Source: Octopus sinensis
Taxonomy: Eukaryota
Direction of reading: 5' to 3'
Length of the DNA stretch: 64,000 nt
NCBI RefSeq assembly: GCF_006345805.1
Contig: NC_042997.1
Span: forward strand, 114,514,001 to 114,578,000
Made by a program: the position numbers and the translations under genes. Positions 1-12,850 of this stretch are shown piece after piece (the stretch's first letter is position 1; each line of letters begins with the position of its first letter). The notes below the pieces were generated by a model. The model searched no databases and was not told the DNA's origin. It saw nothing but the letters and a program-made list of their open reading frames with translations.

Positions 1-98
1 AGAAAGAAAAGATATTGCATTCTGCTTATGAAAACAAACTAACGGAAGCTGTATTCAGCAGTGTGTTGGTTTAATTAAAGAAATAAAATAGAATTTAC

Positions 99-209
99 CT
101 TGGTTTTATCGACAGTAAATGACCTGTAGTGATACGCTACCCACTTCCACTGTTCCGGTCCTTGTCGCAAAACGCAGCACAGGTAGTTTTTTTTCTTTAT
201 ATACCTCAT
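99..209 (-). CDS. Putative first coding exon of a neighbouring gene running off the left edge (MRYIKKKNYLCCVLRQGPEQWKWVAYHYRSFTVDKTK)
   Basis: ATG at 209-207 with an in-frame upstream stop, 37 open codons, AAG|GTAAAT donor at 98; locally CpG-richer than flanks; product not recognised. Confidence 0.4.
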
Positions 210-619
210 GTCAAACGCCTCAAAGTTCTCACCAAATCAAGTTTTCATGAAACCACGGGTTTTGTTCACTTGATTTTCTTGATTTTCCTTCTCATTTTCT
301 CTTTCTGTTTTCTTTTCTTTTCTTTTTTCTTTTCCGAGTCGAATTTAATGTCCATTGTCTTCTCAGTCGTGTTTTGCCAAAAAAATATTTTCTTCAATCA
401 CACGAGAGGTAAAAATGTACAGATTTATTAAGCCATCCTGAGTGATTGCAGCTAAATCATCTCTATTTTATTTCCTACTTCCAGTATTTTAAATAATTGT
501 AGGGAATACGATAAAGATTTCTTTTAGATTAACTCAGACTTGCTATTGGAGAATTGTATTAACATAAAAGGACACATAGGCACAGAAGAAATATGTTAAG
601 ACATACATACATACATACA

Positions 620-945
620 TACATATGCTGAACTATTGAGAAATTTATAGTTACTCTATTCACATTACAAGTTCAGGTTTATACCTGTAATTATTGGAGC
701 GCTGAGATATGTAACACACTGCCTAAATACCAATCTTGAGAAATTAGGCTTCTTAAAACTAGAAATGAGCAAGCTAATTCGAAGACTACAAATCCAATCC
801 ATCACTGGAACTGTAAAAATCTGTAAAACTTTCCAGAAGTTTATCATTTAAATATATATAAGTTTGTCTAGATATGTAAGTATAAGCGTGAAAATACATA
901 CATAAAACAAAACACACAAATCTGCACATACATACATACATATAT
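620..945 (+). mobile_element. 3' end relic of RLE-type (R4/Dong/NeSL-like) non-LTR retrotransposon
   Basis: Translates YAELLRNL*LLYSHYKFRFIPVIIGALRYVTHCLNTNLEKLGF...ICKTFQKFII*; bounded by (CATA)n on both sides. Confidence 0.65.
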
Positions 946-959
946 GATGGTTGTCCACT

Positions 960-1880
960 CATGACCGAGGAAGACCATTGCTGACCTTTAGGACCATTGT
1001 GTGATCTAGGACTAACTTATATTTCACATTTGTGGCTCCACTGTGGCTAATGAGCCCTGCTCTTGACAAGCATACATGACTACAAACATTGCAAACCAAA
1101 ATTTCCCCATTCACTACACTAGCATTGTGCTTTCGAGCAGCACACTTAAATTCTTCAAACCAGTCTCTGTGTCTGACAGTAGCATATTCCAGTGTTTCAG
1201 CAGCACATTGAAGAACCTGGTCTCGAAAATCTTCCCATACTGCAGTATTTTCAATGCTGGACAAGCAAGTCTGAAGTTCTTTCCTCAACACAGCATCATA
1301 CATCTTGGGGACATTAAGACGCCGAGGAATGCCAACTGGTCCTCTTCTCTCTTTCCCTCTAATCATCATTCGGAACTTTACTCACACCAGACTGTGGTCT
1401 GCCCAGCATTCTGATCCATGAAAGGACTTGACATTACAAATGTCATAGATGTCATGCTTGTGGATGATGACATAATCCAGCAAGTGCCAAACTTTAGACC
1501 TTGGATGCATCCATGTTGTTGTGTGATCACCTTTGTGCATAAAACGAGTGCTTGCAATGTAAAGTCCATGTTCATCACAAAGCTCATTTTCCCAACATCA
1601 AAACGTCCTAGAGAGATCCATGTTTACTAGTCTGTTCCAACACTGGCATTGAAATCCCCCAGCAGAATGACTTTATCAGAATTGGGGATTTTCCTAAGTA
1701 TTGCTCTCAGCTGGGTATAAAAGATAGTTTTATCTTCATCACATCTAGTCAAAGTAGGTGCATATATATGCACTTATTAGAGTAGCAAACTGCCCACCTT
1801 TCAGGTGCAATCGTAGAGTTATTAGATGTTCATTTATAGGAACAGAAAGCTCCTCCAACTCCTTAAGGATATCAGGACGT
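960..1880 (-). mobile_element. Decayed RTE (BovB-like) LINE with RT deleted
   Basis: APE motifs LITLRLHL..ATLISAY and TTWMHPRSKVWHLLDYVI...CWADHSLV, then C-terminal CNVCSHVCLSRAGLISH finger; stops and frameshifts. Confidence 0.7.
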
Positions 1881-1894
1881 ACATACATACATAC

Positions 1895-3250
1895 ATACAA
1901 AACAATATCCCACAATGCATTTGCAGTACCAGTGCTAATCCCAACATTTGGGATACTTGATTGGTCTATAGAGGAAATCCACTCCATAGATATCAAAACC
2001 CTGCAAAATCCTGACAACAACTGGGAACTTCCACAGAAACAGTGATGTTGGCAGGCTCTATCTAAGAAGAAATGAAGGTGGTAGAGGTCTGAGATCAGTG
2101 CAGATGGCCTTCAAATACCGTATGGTATCACTTGAGCAGCACCTGCTAAACAACAGCAGCAAACAAATATATTAATGCAGTCCTGAAGTGAAGTGAGCAA
2201 CATTGTATGAGTTGGAGGTGAACTCCTCAAGAAACACTCTCTTCCTGATGATCTCATAGACAACCCCAAAATAGCCAGGCTCTCTTACCTCAGAGAAGAC
2301 CTGGATGGAAAGCACTCAACATGCAAAAAGAAAGACCATGCATGGGTATGTTGCCCAGAAGCTTGAAGACACTAGAACTGACAAGAAGCGCAGCCTTTCT
2401 TGGACACAAGACCACTACATCATATTACACTTTCAGGGCTATGTGTTTGCAATCCAAGAACAAGAGGTTGCCACAAAGTACCTGATGAACAAGAGAGATA
2501 GTGACGCTCTTGTAATCCCAAGGTGCAACTGCATGTGTAGGCTATGTCATGTTTCTGTGGAAGACATTACGCATATGATTTGCAGCTGTCCTAAAATGTT
2601 GTCACGGTACTGCCTCCCTATGTAGCACAATGTTGTTGCTAAAACAATTTACAATGCCATCTGCAAAAAAGACTGTCCTAAAATAAACTTAGAAAATCCC
2701 TCTGTTATGGAATCCATTCATAAACACCAACTCAAGGAATACTGGTGGAATATTTCCATCAAAACTTCTGTCAAATATAAGCATAATAGACTGGATATTG
2801 TTGTTTGGGAGAGAGGGGCAAAGGTATGTACCATTATAGAGGTCAGCTGCCCTGCAGATATAAATATCATTTTGAAAATCTAAGAAAAAGAGGATAGCTA
2901 TGGACAGCTGCTTCAAAACCTCCAGCTTCTATATCCAGACTATGAATTCATAAAGTCCATGTTTATCGCAAAGCTCCAGCACTAGGTTTTGTTAGTAAAT
3001 GCTTAAAGGAGAATCTGGATAAACTGAGATTTTCAGAAAGAGAAATCAATGACTGATCCATACATTACAAGTCCAATCTGTGAGTGGAACAGTAAAAATA
3101 TGCAAGACTTTTCTCAAGTTCCAAATGTGAATTTGTCTGTGTGAACCACATCCCAAAGATGGAGCCTTGTATTTTTGTTGGAGGCTGGCTCCCTCAGTGT
3201 GAGATTAAAAATTTTTTTTGAATAGAAGAGACGTACATACATACATACAT
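1895..3250 (+). mobile_element. 5'-truncated RLE-type non-LTR retrotransposon (RT C-terminus, CCHC knuckle, PD-(D/E)xK endonuclease)
   Basis: HNAFAVPVLIPTFGILDW; RLYLRRNEGGRGL; FAIQEQEV; CRLCHVSVEDITHMICSC; HNRLDIVVWE...IIEVSCPAD; (TACA)n at both ends. Confidence 0.8.
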
Positions 3251-3251
3251 T

Positions 3252-4070
3252 TCCTGAAGACTTGAAGTTGACAGTGATATTTATTTCTTTATTGCCCACA
3301 GGGGGCTAAACATAAAGGGGACAAACAAGGACAGACAAAGGAATTAAGTCAATTACATTAATCCCAGTGCATAACTGGTACTTAATTAATTGACCCTGAA
3401 AAGATGAAAGGCAAAGTCAACCTTGGCAGAATTTGAACTCAGAACATAACGGCAGACGGAATACTGCTAAGCATTTCACCTGATGTGCTAATGATTCTGC
3501 CAGCTCGCCACCCTGACAGTGATATTAACATGAAGGACAGCCTTTCTTGGACTCGTAAACACTTTGAAGGTTTGCAATCCAAGAGTAAGAGATTGTTACA
3601 AAATACTTAATACCCAAAAGAGATGGCAAAGTCTTTGGATACACAAGATAGAACCGGAAAAGGTAAATTGTGTCCCATTTCTGTGGAAGACAACACACAT
3701 GTGATCAACAGCTGCCCCAAAATGTCATCAACATATTACCTCTTCATTGTCGATAAAATAATATATGATGTTATCCAAGAAAGGCTTGCCCTGGGATAAA
3801 TATAGAGAATCTTCGTGTTATTGAATACATACACAAGCATTAACATAAGGAATACTAGTGGAACATTCCCATGGAAACATCTACCGAGTGCGAACATATC
3901 AGATTGGATATAGTTGTTCAGGACAGACAAGAAAAACTGGATACTGTCATAAAGGTCAGCTGCTGATGCAAATATCTCTTTGAAAATCAAACAGAAAGAT
4001 GATAACTATGGACAATTACTTCGAAACGTTCAGCTCCTATACCTAGATTATAAGTTTACATTTATACTAA
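3252..4070 (+). mobile_element. Second diverged RLE retrotransposon 3' fragment, interrupted by a SINE
   Basis: FAIQE*EIVTKYL, SVEDNTHVINSCPKMSS, YGQLLRNVQLLYLDYKF; SINE at ~3282-3514 with gacagtgatatt target duplication. Confidence 0.65.
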
Positions 4071-4073
4071 TAA

Positions 4074-4350
4074 TACATTATTTACATTGGATGGATGTGT
4101 GTCCTCATCTTGTTTGTTGTTACCTCAACATTTCAGCTGATATACCCTCCAGCCTTCATCAAGTGTCCTGGTAGAATTTTGAACCTAACCCTGGGTTCTT
4201 ATTCCTAAGGTATTTTTTTTTGCTGATGTTGTTGTTATTATTATTATTATTATTATTATTAATTCCTGATGAAGGCCAGAGAGTAAATCAAGCTGGAACG
4301 TGGTAACAACAAAGGTGAGGACTCATATCCATCCAATATAAATAATGTAC
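4074..4350. repeat. Inverted pair of Penelope-like terminal fragments with degenerate hammerhead motifs
   Basis: 4074-4162 is a diverged reverse complement of 4265-4350; cores TTGATGA-A-GGCTG..CAGCT-GAAAT-GTT (minus) and CTGATGA-AGGCC..GGAAC (plus). Confidence 0.55.
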
Positions 4351-4376
4351 AAAATTCCTCATCTCTAAAATATAGA

Positions 4377-5245
4377 ACATCATCATCATCATCTCAATCA
4401 TTTAACGTCCTCTTTCCATGCTAGCATAGGTTGGACGATTTGACTGAGGACTGGCGAACCAGATGGCTGTACCAGGCTCCAGTCTGATCTGACAGAGTTT
4501 CTACAGCTGGATGCTCTTCCTAACGCCAACCACTCCAAGAGTGTAGTGGGTGCTTTTACGTGTCACCTGCACGAGGACCAATCTGGCGGTACTAGCAACG
4601 ATCACACTCTAAATGGTGTTTTTTATGTGCCACCTGCACAGGAGTCATTCCAGCAGCACTGGCAATGACCTTGCTTGAATGTATTGGTAACGATCACACT
4701 CAAATGGTGCTTTTTACGTGCCCACCGGCACGGAAGCCAGACAGCTGCTCTGGCAGTGATCCCACTCGGATGGAGCTGTTAGCGCTGTACTGGCATGGGT
4801 GCCAGTCATCGAATTTGGTTCAATTTCAATTTCACTTGCCCCAGCAGGTCTTCGTGAGCAGAGTTTAGTGTCCAATGAAAGGAGGTTGGCATGGGTGCCA
4901 GTTGTTGAATTTGGTTCAATTTCGATTTCACTTGCCTCAACAGGTCTTCACAAGCAGAGTTTTGTGTCCAAGGAAGGAAAGGTATGCATAAGTGGGCTAG
5001 CTACATCCCTGGTAAAGGCCACGGGTTATGGTCTCACTTGTCCTGTTGGGTCTTCTCACGCACAGCATATTTCCAAAGGTCTCAGTCACTAGTCATTGCC
5101 TTGGTGAAGCCTAATTTTCAAAGGTCATGCTTCACCATCTTGCCCCAGGTTTTCCTGGGTCTACCGCTTCCACAGGTTCCCTCAACTGCTAGGGTGTGGC
5201 ACTTTTTCATGCAGCTGCTATCTTCATCCATTCTTGCCACATACC
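4377..5245 (-). mobile_element. 5'-truncated RTE LINE (ORF C-terminus, 3' UTR, (GAT)n tail)
   Basis: Homologous to 31230-32005 in reverse orientation; (CAT)n at 4377. Confidence 0.8.
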
Positions 5246-6933
5246 ATATATGGTTACTGAAGTCTCAGCAGTTGCCAAATGTACTTGCTACCTTAGCTAC
5301 TGCTATTGAAAGACTCAAAAAAGATACATTTCCAGCCCTCATACAACTAGCCGAGAATCAAATGCTGGTTTGCCCTGTTAAAACATTTCAAAGGGAATAC
5401 TCCAAGGGTGGCATGAGTAACCTTTTCAAGAAGCAGGCTGCTTCAAATATGACTCCTCATTAGGAAGATCATGCTAGTAAAAAAAAATTAAAGTAATTTT
5501 TTGTTAAGCATGCTATTCAGAAAGTTCTGAGGGTTGCACTTGGCCTACAACTGCTTTAAGACGACAGCCTTCTAGTGCTTCTGTTTATTTTGGTCCTAAA
5601 TCCATTTTTCCTTTACAAACCTTGGCTGCTCCTACTATTTACAACAGCAAGAAATACTAATTTAACCCTTAATTTCTTTCTGAATGAGCTAAAGACAAGT
5701 CAGGCGAGGGGGGCATGTACTATAGCAGCTGCATTCATTCTTTGACGGTATATTCCCGGGTCCTTCCAACATTCCCTGTTAGTCCCCATCTCCATGAAAG
5801 ATCTCTTCATCTGCCGAACTCATGCCGTTATGATCGTGAGACAAATACCCTAATCACTAAGCCATGTGCCTGATATTACAGACACACCTACATATACACT
5901 CAAAGACATACACATACACACCTACAAACAAAAATTTAAAGTAGTTACACTACAGACTTATTTGCATAACGTGTGATGTAGTAAAATACTAAATCTTATG
6001 CATGGCAGAACTTTTCTGCTCTCGGCACAAGGTCTGAAATTTTGAAGGAGTGGTAGTGGTGGGGGGGTGACCAGTTGGTTAGATCGACCCCAGTACGCAA
6101 CTGGTACTTAATTTATTGACCCCTAAATGATGAAACTTGGTGGAATTTGAACTCAGAACGTAAAGACAGACAAAATACCGCTAACAATTTTCCCAGCGTG
6201 CTAATGTTTCTGCCAGCTTGCCACCTTAGGTGCAACCTATATTGGAAAACTCATAATAAATTTAAATAAATTAAACTAAAAATTTTAAACTTTTCACAGT
6301 GGAATTTTAAACAGGTGTGACTACATCTTTTTGTCTTTTCATAGCAGTAAAATATAGGCAATTGCCCTAACACTTTTCATGAATTGCTGATCACTCATCA
6401 GTTTGTCATTGACTGAAATTGTGATTTACAATAAGCTCTCAATGACAGGATTCTTGTCTTCTACTGAATGGTCAACAAAGTGTGTAAGATGCTAAAGCAA
6501 TCTTTTTTATATTTTCTGCGTTCGAAGAGAGGGTGAGATGTATTTTCTAGCTGAAAATTATTGTGGAATGAGAGCATTGCGAAGTGAACTTTAGAACACT
6601 GTGATCCCCAGAAACTACTATCCCCCAGAAATGGCCGTTGGACCTTAAGGACTTATAACTTCTATATGGATTTAACATTTTGCACTTATACTCCACACAT
6701 TCTAATTTTAATATAGTTTTTATTGTAAGTTGGACTATATTATTTTGTATTTTGTGGCCATGCTGGAGCATCGCCTTTAGTCGAGCAAATTGACCCCAGA
6801 ACTTACTCTTTGTAAGCATAGTACTTATTCTATTGGTCTCTTTTGCTGAACCACTAAGTTTTGGGGAAGTAAACACACTAGTATCGGTTGGGTGGGGAGA
6901 AACAGACACACAAACATACACGTACACCTGCAT

Positions 6934-6994
<61 letters not shown>

Positions 6995-7073
6995 AATAAT
7001 GAGGGAGATAATTTGAATATTAATTTAATTAATATCATGTGGCTGACCACATAGTGGTCTTTTAGCCCTTTAA

Positions 7074-7169
<96 letters not shown>

Positions 7170-7527
7170 TCATCATCATCATCGTTTAACATCCGCTTTC
7201 CATGCTAGCATAGGTAAGATGATTTGAATGAGGACTGGCGAACCAGATGGCTGCACCAGGCTCCAGCCTGATCTGGCAGAGTTTCTTATTATTATCAAAG
7301 AATGTATATATGTATTTTAATACTTTAGTGACAAACAGTACTTAACACAACATAGCTTATACAAAGCTTTTCATTTTACTTTTGACAATCTTTTTCTAAA
7401 AAAGTGCAACTGGTCAAGTGAATAAACATCTTTAAAATTGCATTTTCAAACCTTTCATATATGTCTGTGTGTGTGTATGTATAGGATAGGAAATATTTTA
7501 GTAGGGAAACATACGTTGTGGATATAA

Positions 7528-7739
7528 ACAGAGAAAGAGAAAAGATGGAAAACCAAAGACGATTTGTTTTACAGGATTTAAGAATATATTAGAGCCATGA
7601 TAATAAAGATATTATACAATTTTAACAAAACCTTATTTTGTACAAAATTGTATAATATCTTTATTATCATAGCTCTAATATATTCTTAAATCCTGTAAAA
7701 CAAATCATCTGTGTTTTTTCATCTTTTCTCTTTCTCTGT
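7528..7739. repeat. Fold-back, 96-bp arms with 20-nt loop (MITE-like or PLE end)
   Basis: 7528-7623 is the near-identical reverse complement of 7644-7739. Confidence 0.85.
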
Positions 7740-9731
7740 GTGATGGACTCTCTCTTCGAAGATGACATAAAGGTTTAGTTTTTTACTGAACGACCTGCCC
7801 AAAGGATTTGTTTATAGTCATCAAATGTTCGTGCTGGACATTAGCTCACTCTCTCCATCAAATCGACATGGTCTGAACAGGTGCACGGTGTGCCATGTGT
7901 CAGGTGTCAAAGCGATTGCAGAGTAGTGCGAGATGAGGTGTTTTGCTCAAGAACACAACGCACCACCTGGTCTAGGAATTGAAATCACGATCTTGCGATT
8001 GTGAGTGTAACACTCTAACTACTAGGTCATACACCCTCACACACATTCTTTTTAGGTTTTCTCTTTTACATGTTTCAGTCATTAGACTGCGGCCATGCTG
8101 GGGCACTGCCTTGAAGAATTTTTTAGTCGAATGAATTGACATCAGTACTTAATTTTTTGCTAAGCCTGGTACTTATTCTAGTGGGCTCTTTTTTTTGCCA
8201 AACTGCTAAGTTATAGGAATGTAAACACACCAAAACTGGTTGTCAAGCAGTGGTGGGGGACAAATAGACACACACATATATATAATCTGCCAAATCCACT
8301 CACAAGGCCTTGGTTGACCTGATGCTATAAAAGAAGACACTTGCCCAAGGTGCCAACAAAATATATATTCTTTTACCTGTTTCAGCCCTAAGGCTGTGGC
8401 CATGCTCGAGCACCATAAAATCAATTTTAACATTAAACCAAAAAATTACTTAATACTTTTAGCAGAGCACAACATGTTTATGAAACTTTTACAAGAAGAT
8501 GGGAGACAGTGACTTCGAAGTCTTCATGAGATTGTGTGTGCATGTGTTGAGTAAGACTTTAAACACTTTCCAGTAGTGAGGCCCTGGTATGGGAGTTCCA
8601 GGGTTTTGAGGAGTGTAGAACTACCTCTGAAGTACTATTGCCCCCAGATTTACTCTGATCTAAAACAGTAGCACTTGTTAGGATCCCTCCTATGGGTTAA
8701 CAAGCATGTAAACAACTTCTTGATAGAATTTCCTTCTAGAAGGTAAACTCATATAAAAATACCTGAAGTGCAGCTGGTTTCTGGTCATCTCAGCCTCTAG
8801 TTTTATTAAAGCTGATTGCAATGGAAAGTAGGTTCAGTGCTGTGCAACACTTTACCTGCTTAAAACAAATCCAGACACAGGAACTCTTTGGACTCTAAGA
8901 ATATCTGCACAGACTTACTGAGATTACTGAGGTCTTAATCAGTAATGAGCTGACTTACACCATATATTTTTATCCACATGTGTATGCAGGTGTCCTCATC
9001 ATCATCAATATTTAGTGTCTGTTAAGGCGGCGAGCTGGCAGAAACGTTAGCACGCCGGGTGAAATGCTTTGTGGTATTTCATCTGCCTTTACGTTCTGAG
9101 TTCAAATTCCGCCAAGGTTGATAAATTAAGTATCAGTTGCGTGCAGGGATGGATCTAATTGACTGGCCACCTTCCCCAAAATTTCGGGCCTTGTGCCTAA
9201 AGTAGAAAAGTATATTTAGTGTCTGTTGTCCATGGGTTGGACAGTTTGACCAGGGCTGACAAGCTGCACCAGACTCCAGTCTGATTTGAAATGGTTTCCA
9301 CAGCTGGATGCCCTTCTTAATGCCAACCACTCTGAGAGTGTAATAGGTGGTTTTACATGCCACTGGCATGGGTACCATTTGCGTGACACTGATATCTGCC
9401 ATGACTGTGATTTTACTTGGCTTCATGGGTCTTCTTCTCAGCATGGCATAAGGCCAAATGTCTCAGTCATTGCCTCTGTGAGGCCCAAAGCTCGAAGGGT
9501 GCTTTTTATGTGCCAGTATCAGATGATGAAAGAAACTTACAAAGTTAGTCGCATGTCATTCGAGTTTCAAAATCATCAAAATCACCTTAAATTGCATTTT
9601 TTCCTTCTTTTTCACTCTCTTCCATCTTAACCCCAAAGAAAGACTGTCTGAAACATTGAATACCTGGTTTCCCTACTCACACACACGGTAATTTTCAATT
9701 TATTTTCCCTGTCATTACACACATATGTTGC

Positions 9732-10212
9732 TTAACCCTTTTGTTACCAACCTAGCTGAAACCACCTCTGGCTCGATAATACAATTGTCTTGTTTTCAAA
9801 AGTTTTGAATTAAAATCTTTCACCAAACCTTAGTCACAATTTATGTTCCTAACACTAGTTTAATGATAACTAAGTTATTTTACTAAATTCTTTGTTATAT
9901 TTAAAATCAATTGAAAGAAACACAGAGCATCTCAACAGAAATACGGTCTCAAAAAAGTTAAAATATACACTAGAGAAACAATTTTTAACCCTTTTGTTAT
10001 TAACCCGGCTGAAACCGCTCCTGGGTCTATATACAAATGTTTTGTTTTCATAAGTTTTGAATTAAAATCTTTCACCAAACCTTAGTCACAATTTATGTTC
10101 CCAACACTAGCTTAATGATAACTAAGTTATTTTACTAACTTCTTTGTTATATTTAAAATGAATTGAAAGAAACACAGAGCATACAACAGAAATACAGTAA
10201 TGAAAGGGTTAA
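9732..10212 (+). mobile_element. Dimeric TTAA-flanked (piggyBac-type) MITE
   Basis: Two ~228-bp monomers TTAA-CCCTTT...AAAGGG-TTAA separated by a ~23-bp spacer. Confidence 0.75.
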
Positions 10213-10261
10213 ATGTTGAACAAACGAGGAAGAAGTGCTCAATATATCTTGTAGGTGATAT

Positions 10262-10665
10262 ACTCTCTTTTACTCGTTTCAGTCATTTTGACTGTAGCCA
10301 TGCTGGAGCACCACCTTTGGTCAAACAAATCAGCCCCAGGACTTATTCTTTGTAAGCCTAGTACTTATTCTGGTGGTCTCTTTTGCCGAACTGCTAAGTT
10401 AAGGGGATATAAATACACCAACATTGGTGTCAAATGATGATGGTGGGGACAAATGCAGACACACATACATATATACATACATACATACATACATACATAC
10501 ATACATACATGACGAGCTTCTCTCAGTTTCCATCTGCCAAATCCACTCACAAGACTTTGGTCAGCCCAAAGCTATGGTAGAAGATACTTGCCCACTGCAA
10601 CTGAACCCGGAATCATGTGGTTAGGAAGCAAGCTTCTTTCTTACCACACAGCCACTCCTGTGCCT
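10262..10665 (-). mobile_element. tRNA-derived SINE family A (CR1-like 3' end); further copies near 17985, 24795, 25450, 37225, 39135, 55535, 58440
   Basis: Box A tggctgtgtgg and box B ggttcagt-like head, internal microsatellite, 3' GTGCTCCAGCATGGC-hairpin-GAAAC tail. Confidence 0.85.
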
Positions 10666-10677
10666 GTATGTTGTTTT

Positions 10678-10806
10678 TTTATTAAAACTGAAGGTGAGAG
10701 TTTGTCACGCAACTCAAGTTTCATGCCACCATGATCCTCAGACTAAAGATCAAATTGATGTGAAACTCAAGTCATAACACAAACTCTCAGCTTCGGTTTT
10801 AATAAA
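10678..10806. mobile_element. Small MITE-like element with ~28-bp TIRs
   Basis: tttattaaaactgaaggtgagagtttgt ... acaaactctcagcttcggttttaataaa. Confidence 0.55.
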
Positions 10807-11867
10807 CATCTACAAATACATACATGTGTATGTATGTACGAGCAAAACGCCCTCCCTCATCCAATGGACGATGCTGAGTTGTGAAACATTGAAACCAAAT
10901 TTTCTCAAAACAACTTGTCCGACCGTCCCATAGGCCTCCCTTTTGAGAAACACTGATTTAACCTAAATTTGAGACACTAGCAAAAGAAGAAATAAAAATA
11001 GACTTTTTTTCTATTCCAAAGAAAATCGATTTCCCACGATCGCATTCTCACCTGGAATCGATTTTTGTAATTTTTTCAAGACTTGTACATGTCCTGATAC
11101 CATTGGTATCTACATATCAAATTTGAGCGCAATCGGATGGAGGATGCCCAAGATCCTAGAAGACACACACACAGACAGACAGAATGGATTTTATATAACA
11201 GATGTACATACATATGTATGTCTTTATGTCTGTGTGTATGTGTTGAAGGAGTTTACCAATGACAGTTGAACTGACTTTTTTGTTTATGCATTACTGAATC
11301 TTCTGTTAGATATCTTTTTTATCCATTATACAAATGTTCTTTATTGTTATATCTTTGTGAATTATTTATATCATAATGATATTATTACCGAGTTGATAAA
11401 AAAATCATGGGGGGCATCAACAAACCAACACCAGTTATCAAGTGGTGGGTGTGGGGACAAATACAAATGCAAAAACGCACACACAATGGGCTTCTTTCAG
11501 TTTCCATCTACCAAATCCACTCACAAGGCGTAAGGCTATAGCAGAAGACACTTGCCCAAGCAGCCATGCAGTGGGATTGAACCCGGAATGATGCGGTTGG
11601 GAAGCAACTTCTTATCACATAACCACACCTTAAGAAAATTAATTAGCAAAACCAGTTATTATTAGTAAATCTACTTGTTTGCTGTTGTAAAGTAGATGTA
11701 AATAAACATACTTGATAGCCATGTGAAAAATCGTTATCTTTTATGAATTTTTCCCACAGTTTAAGATATTTAATTAATAACAACAAAAAAGTAATTATTT
11801 TTTTTATATTTTTAATATCTTTTGAGAGAAAAGACTTTTTTCTCGAAATAATGTGGACATTATTTCG

Positions 11868-11971
11868 TCATACGTTTCCTGAAACATTCTGATGCATTAA
11901 CGCATATAAGCGTGAGGCATTCATGTATTCCATCTTTATGCAGGTGTTATTGTTTGGGACGTACGCCACAT
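11868..11971 (-). CDS. DUF4430/transcobalamin-like domain exon X3, probably terminal ((D)VAYVPNNNTCIKMEYMNASRLYALMHQNVSGNV*)
   Basis: Strong acceptor ttttttgtttctag; only the phase-1 frame is open; continues X2 in frame; YVP motif matches the Y-x-P of the family; a phase-0 donor AAC|GTATGA at 11873 is also possible. Confidence 0.75.
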
Positions 11972-12149
11972 CTAGAAACAAAAAACAAAAATAAAAAGAC
12001 AGTTAAAATGTCTATATGTTGAAATTAAACTTTTAAAAAAAAATTTATTAATGATTAAATTCTTGTGATAAAATCCATGAACAAGGCTGGAAAGTTAATT
12101 TAGCAAACAAGATTTAAAGTTTAACAAACACAGATGTTAGAATCGATTT

Positions 12150-12850
12150 ATATGGCTATTTGTCTATAGCAGGTATTCTTCCTGGAGAAGTAAAGAAGAA
12201 CTTGTGACCTTGCTGAAGAAGTAAAGAAGAACTTGTGAGTAATGTGTTGCTGTTGACACCAAATCATGGTACTACAATGGCTGGAAGACCACAGGAGATG
12301 TATATACAACAGCTTGCAGAAGATGTTTCTTTGTTTGTTTGTTGAGCGAAGCGGTCTTTGTCCCAGAGCTTGCAAGATCACGCCTCAGGATTGTCTATAG
12401 TGGGAGAAGTCCGAAACATGGTCCTTTGCTATTCATAAGACCCGCAGAAGAGAAAGCAGGTCAACTCCTGACACCGAGAGCATCGACGGATGGATGAATG
12501 TGCATCCAGGCTCAGCAGTTGCATAAGAAGTCGGGGACAAGAAACAGGAAGAAAGAGTGAGAGAAAGTTGGAACGAAAGAGTACAACAGGGGTCGCCACC
12601 ACCCCCTGCCGGAGCCTCATGGAGCTTTAGGTGTTTTCGCTCAATAAACACACACAATGCCCAGTCTGGGAATTGAAACTGCGATCCTCCGACTGTGAGT
12701 TCACTGCCCTAACCACTGGGCCATTGCGCCTCCACGAGCAGAAGATGTTGGATTCCAAGTTGGAGACCTAAAAACACTAATGGAAGAATGGGGAGGATGG
12801 AGAGAGGTAGTCAAGTTGGCTTGGGCAATCTGCCTGGCTGGATGACGGCT
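12150..12850 (+). mobile_element. RTE-like LINE C-terminal relic interrupted by a family-C SINE (12410-12735, minus)
   Basis: WRSKEELV...VLLLTPNHG...GRPQEMYIQQLAED-type motif. Confidence 0.5.

Noticed and set aside
129-431. Phe-rich 100-aa plus ORF
   Set aside because: Driven by a T-rich tract; the splice-supported frame is on the minus strand
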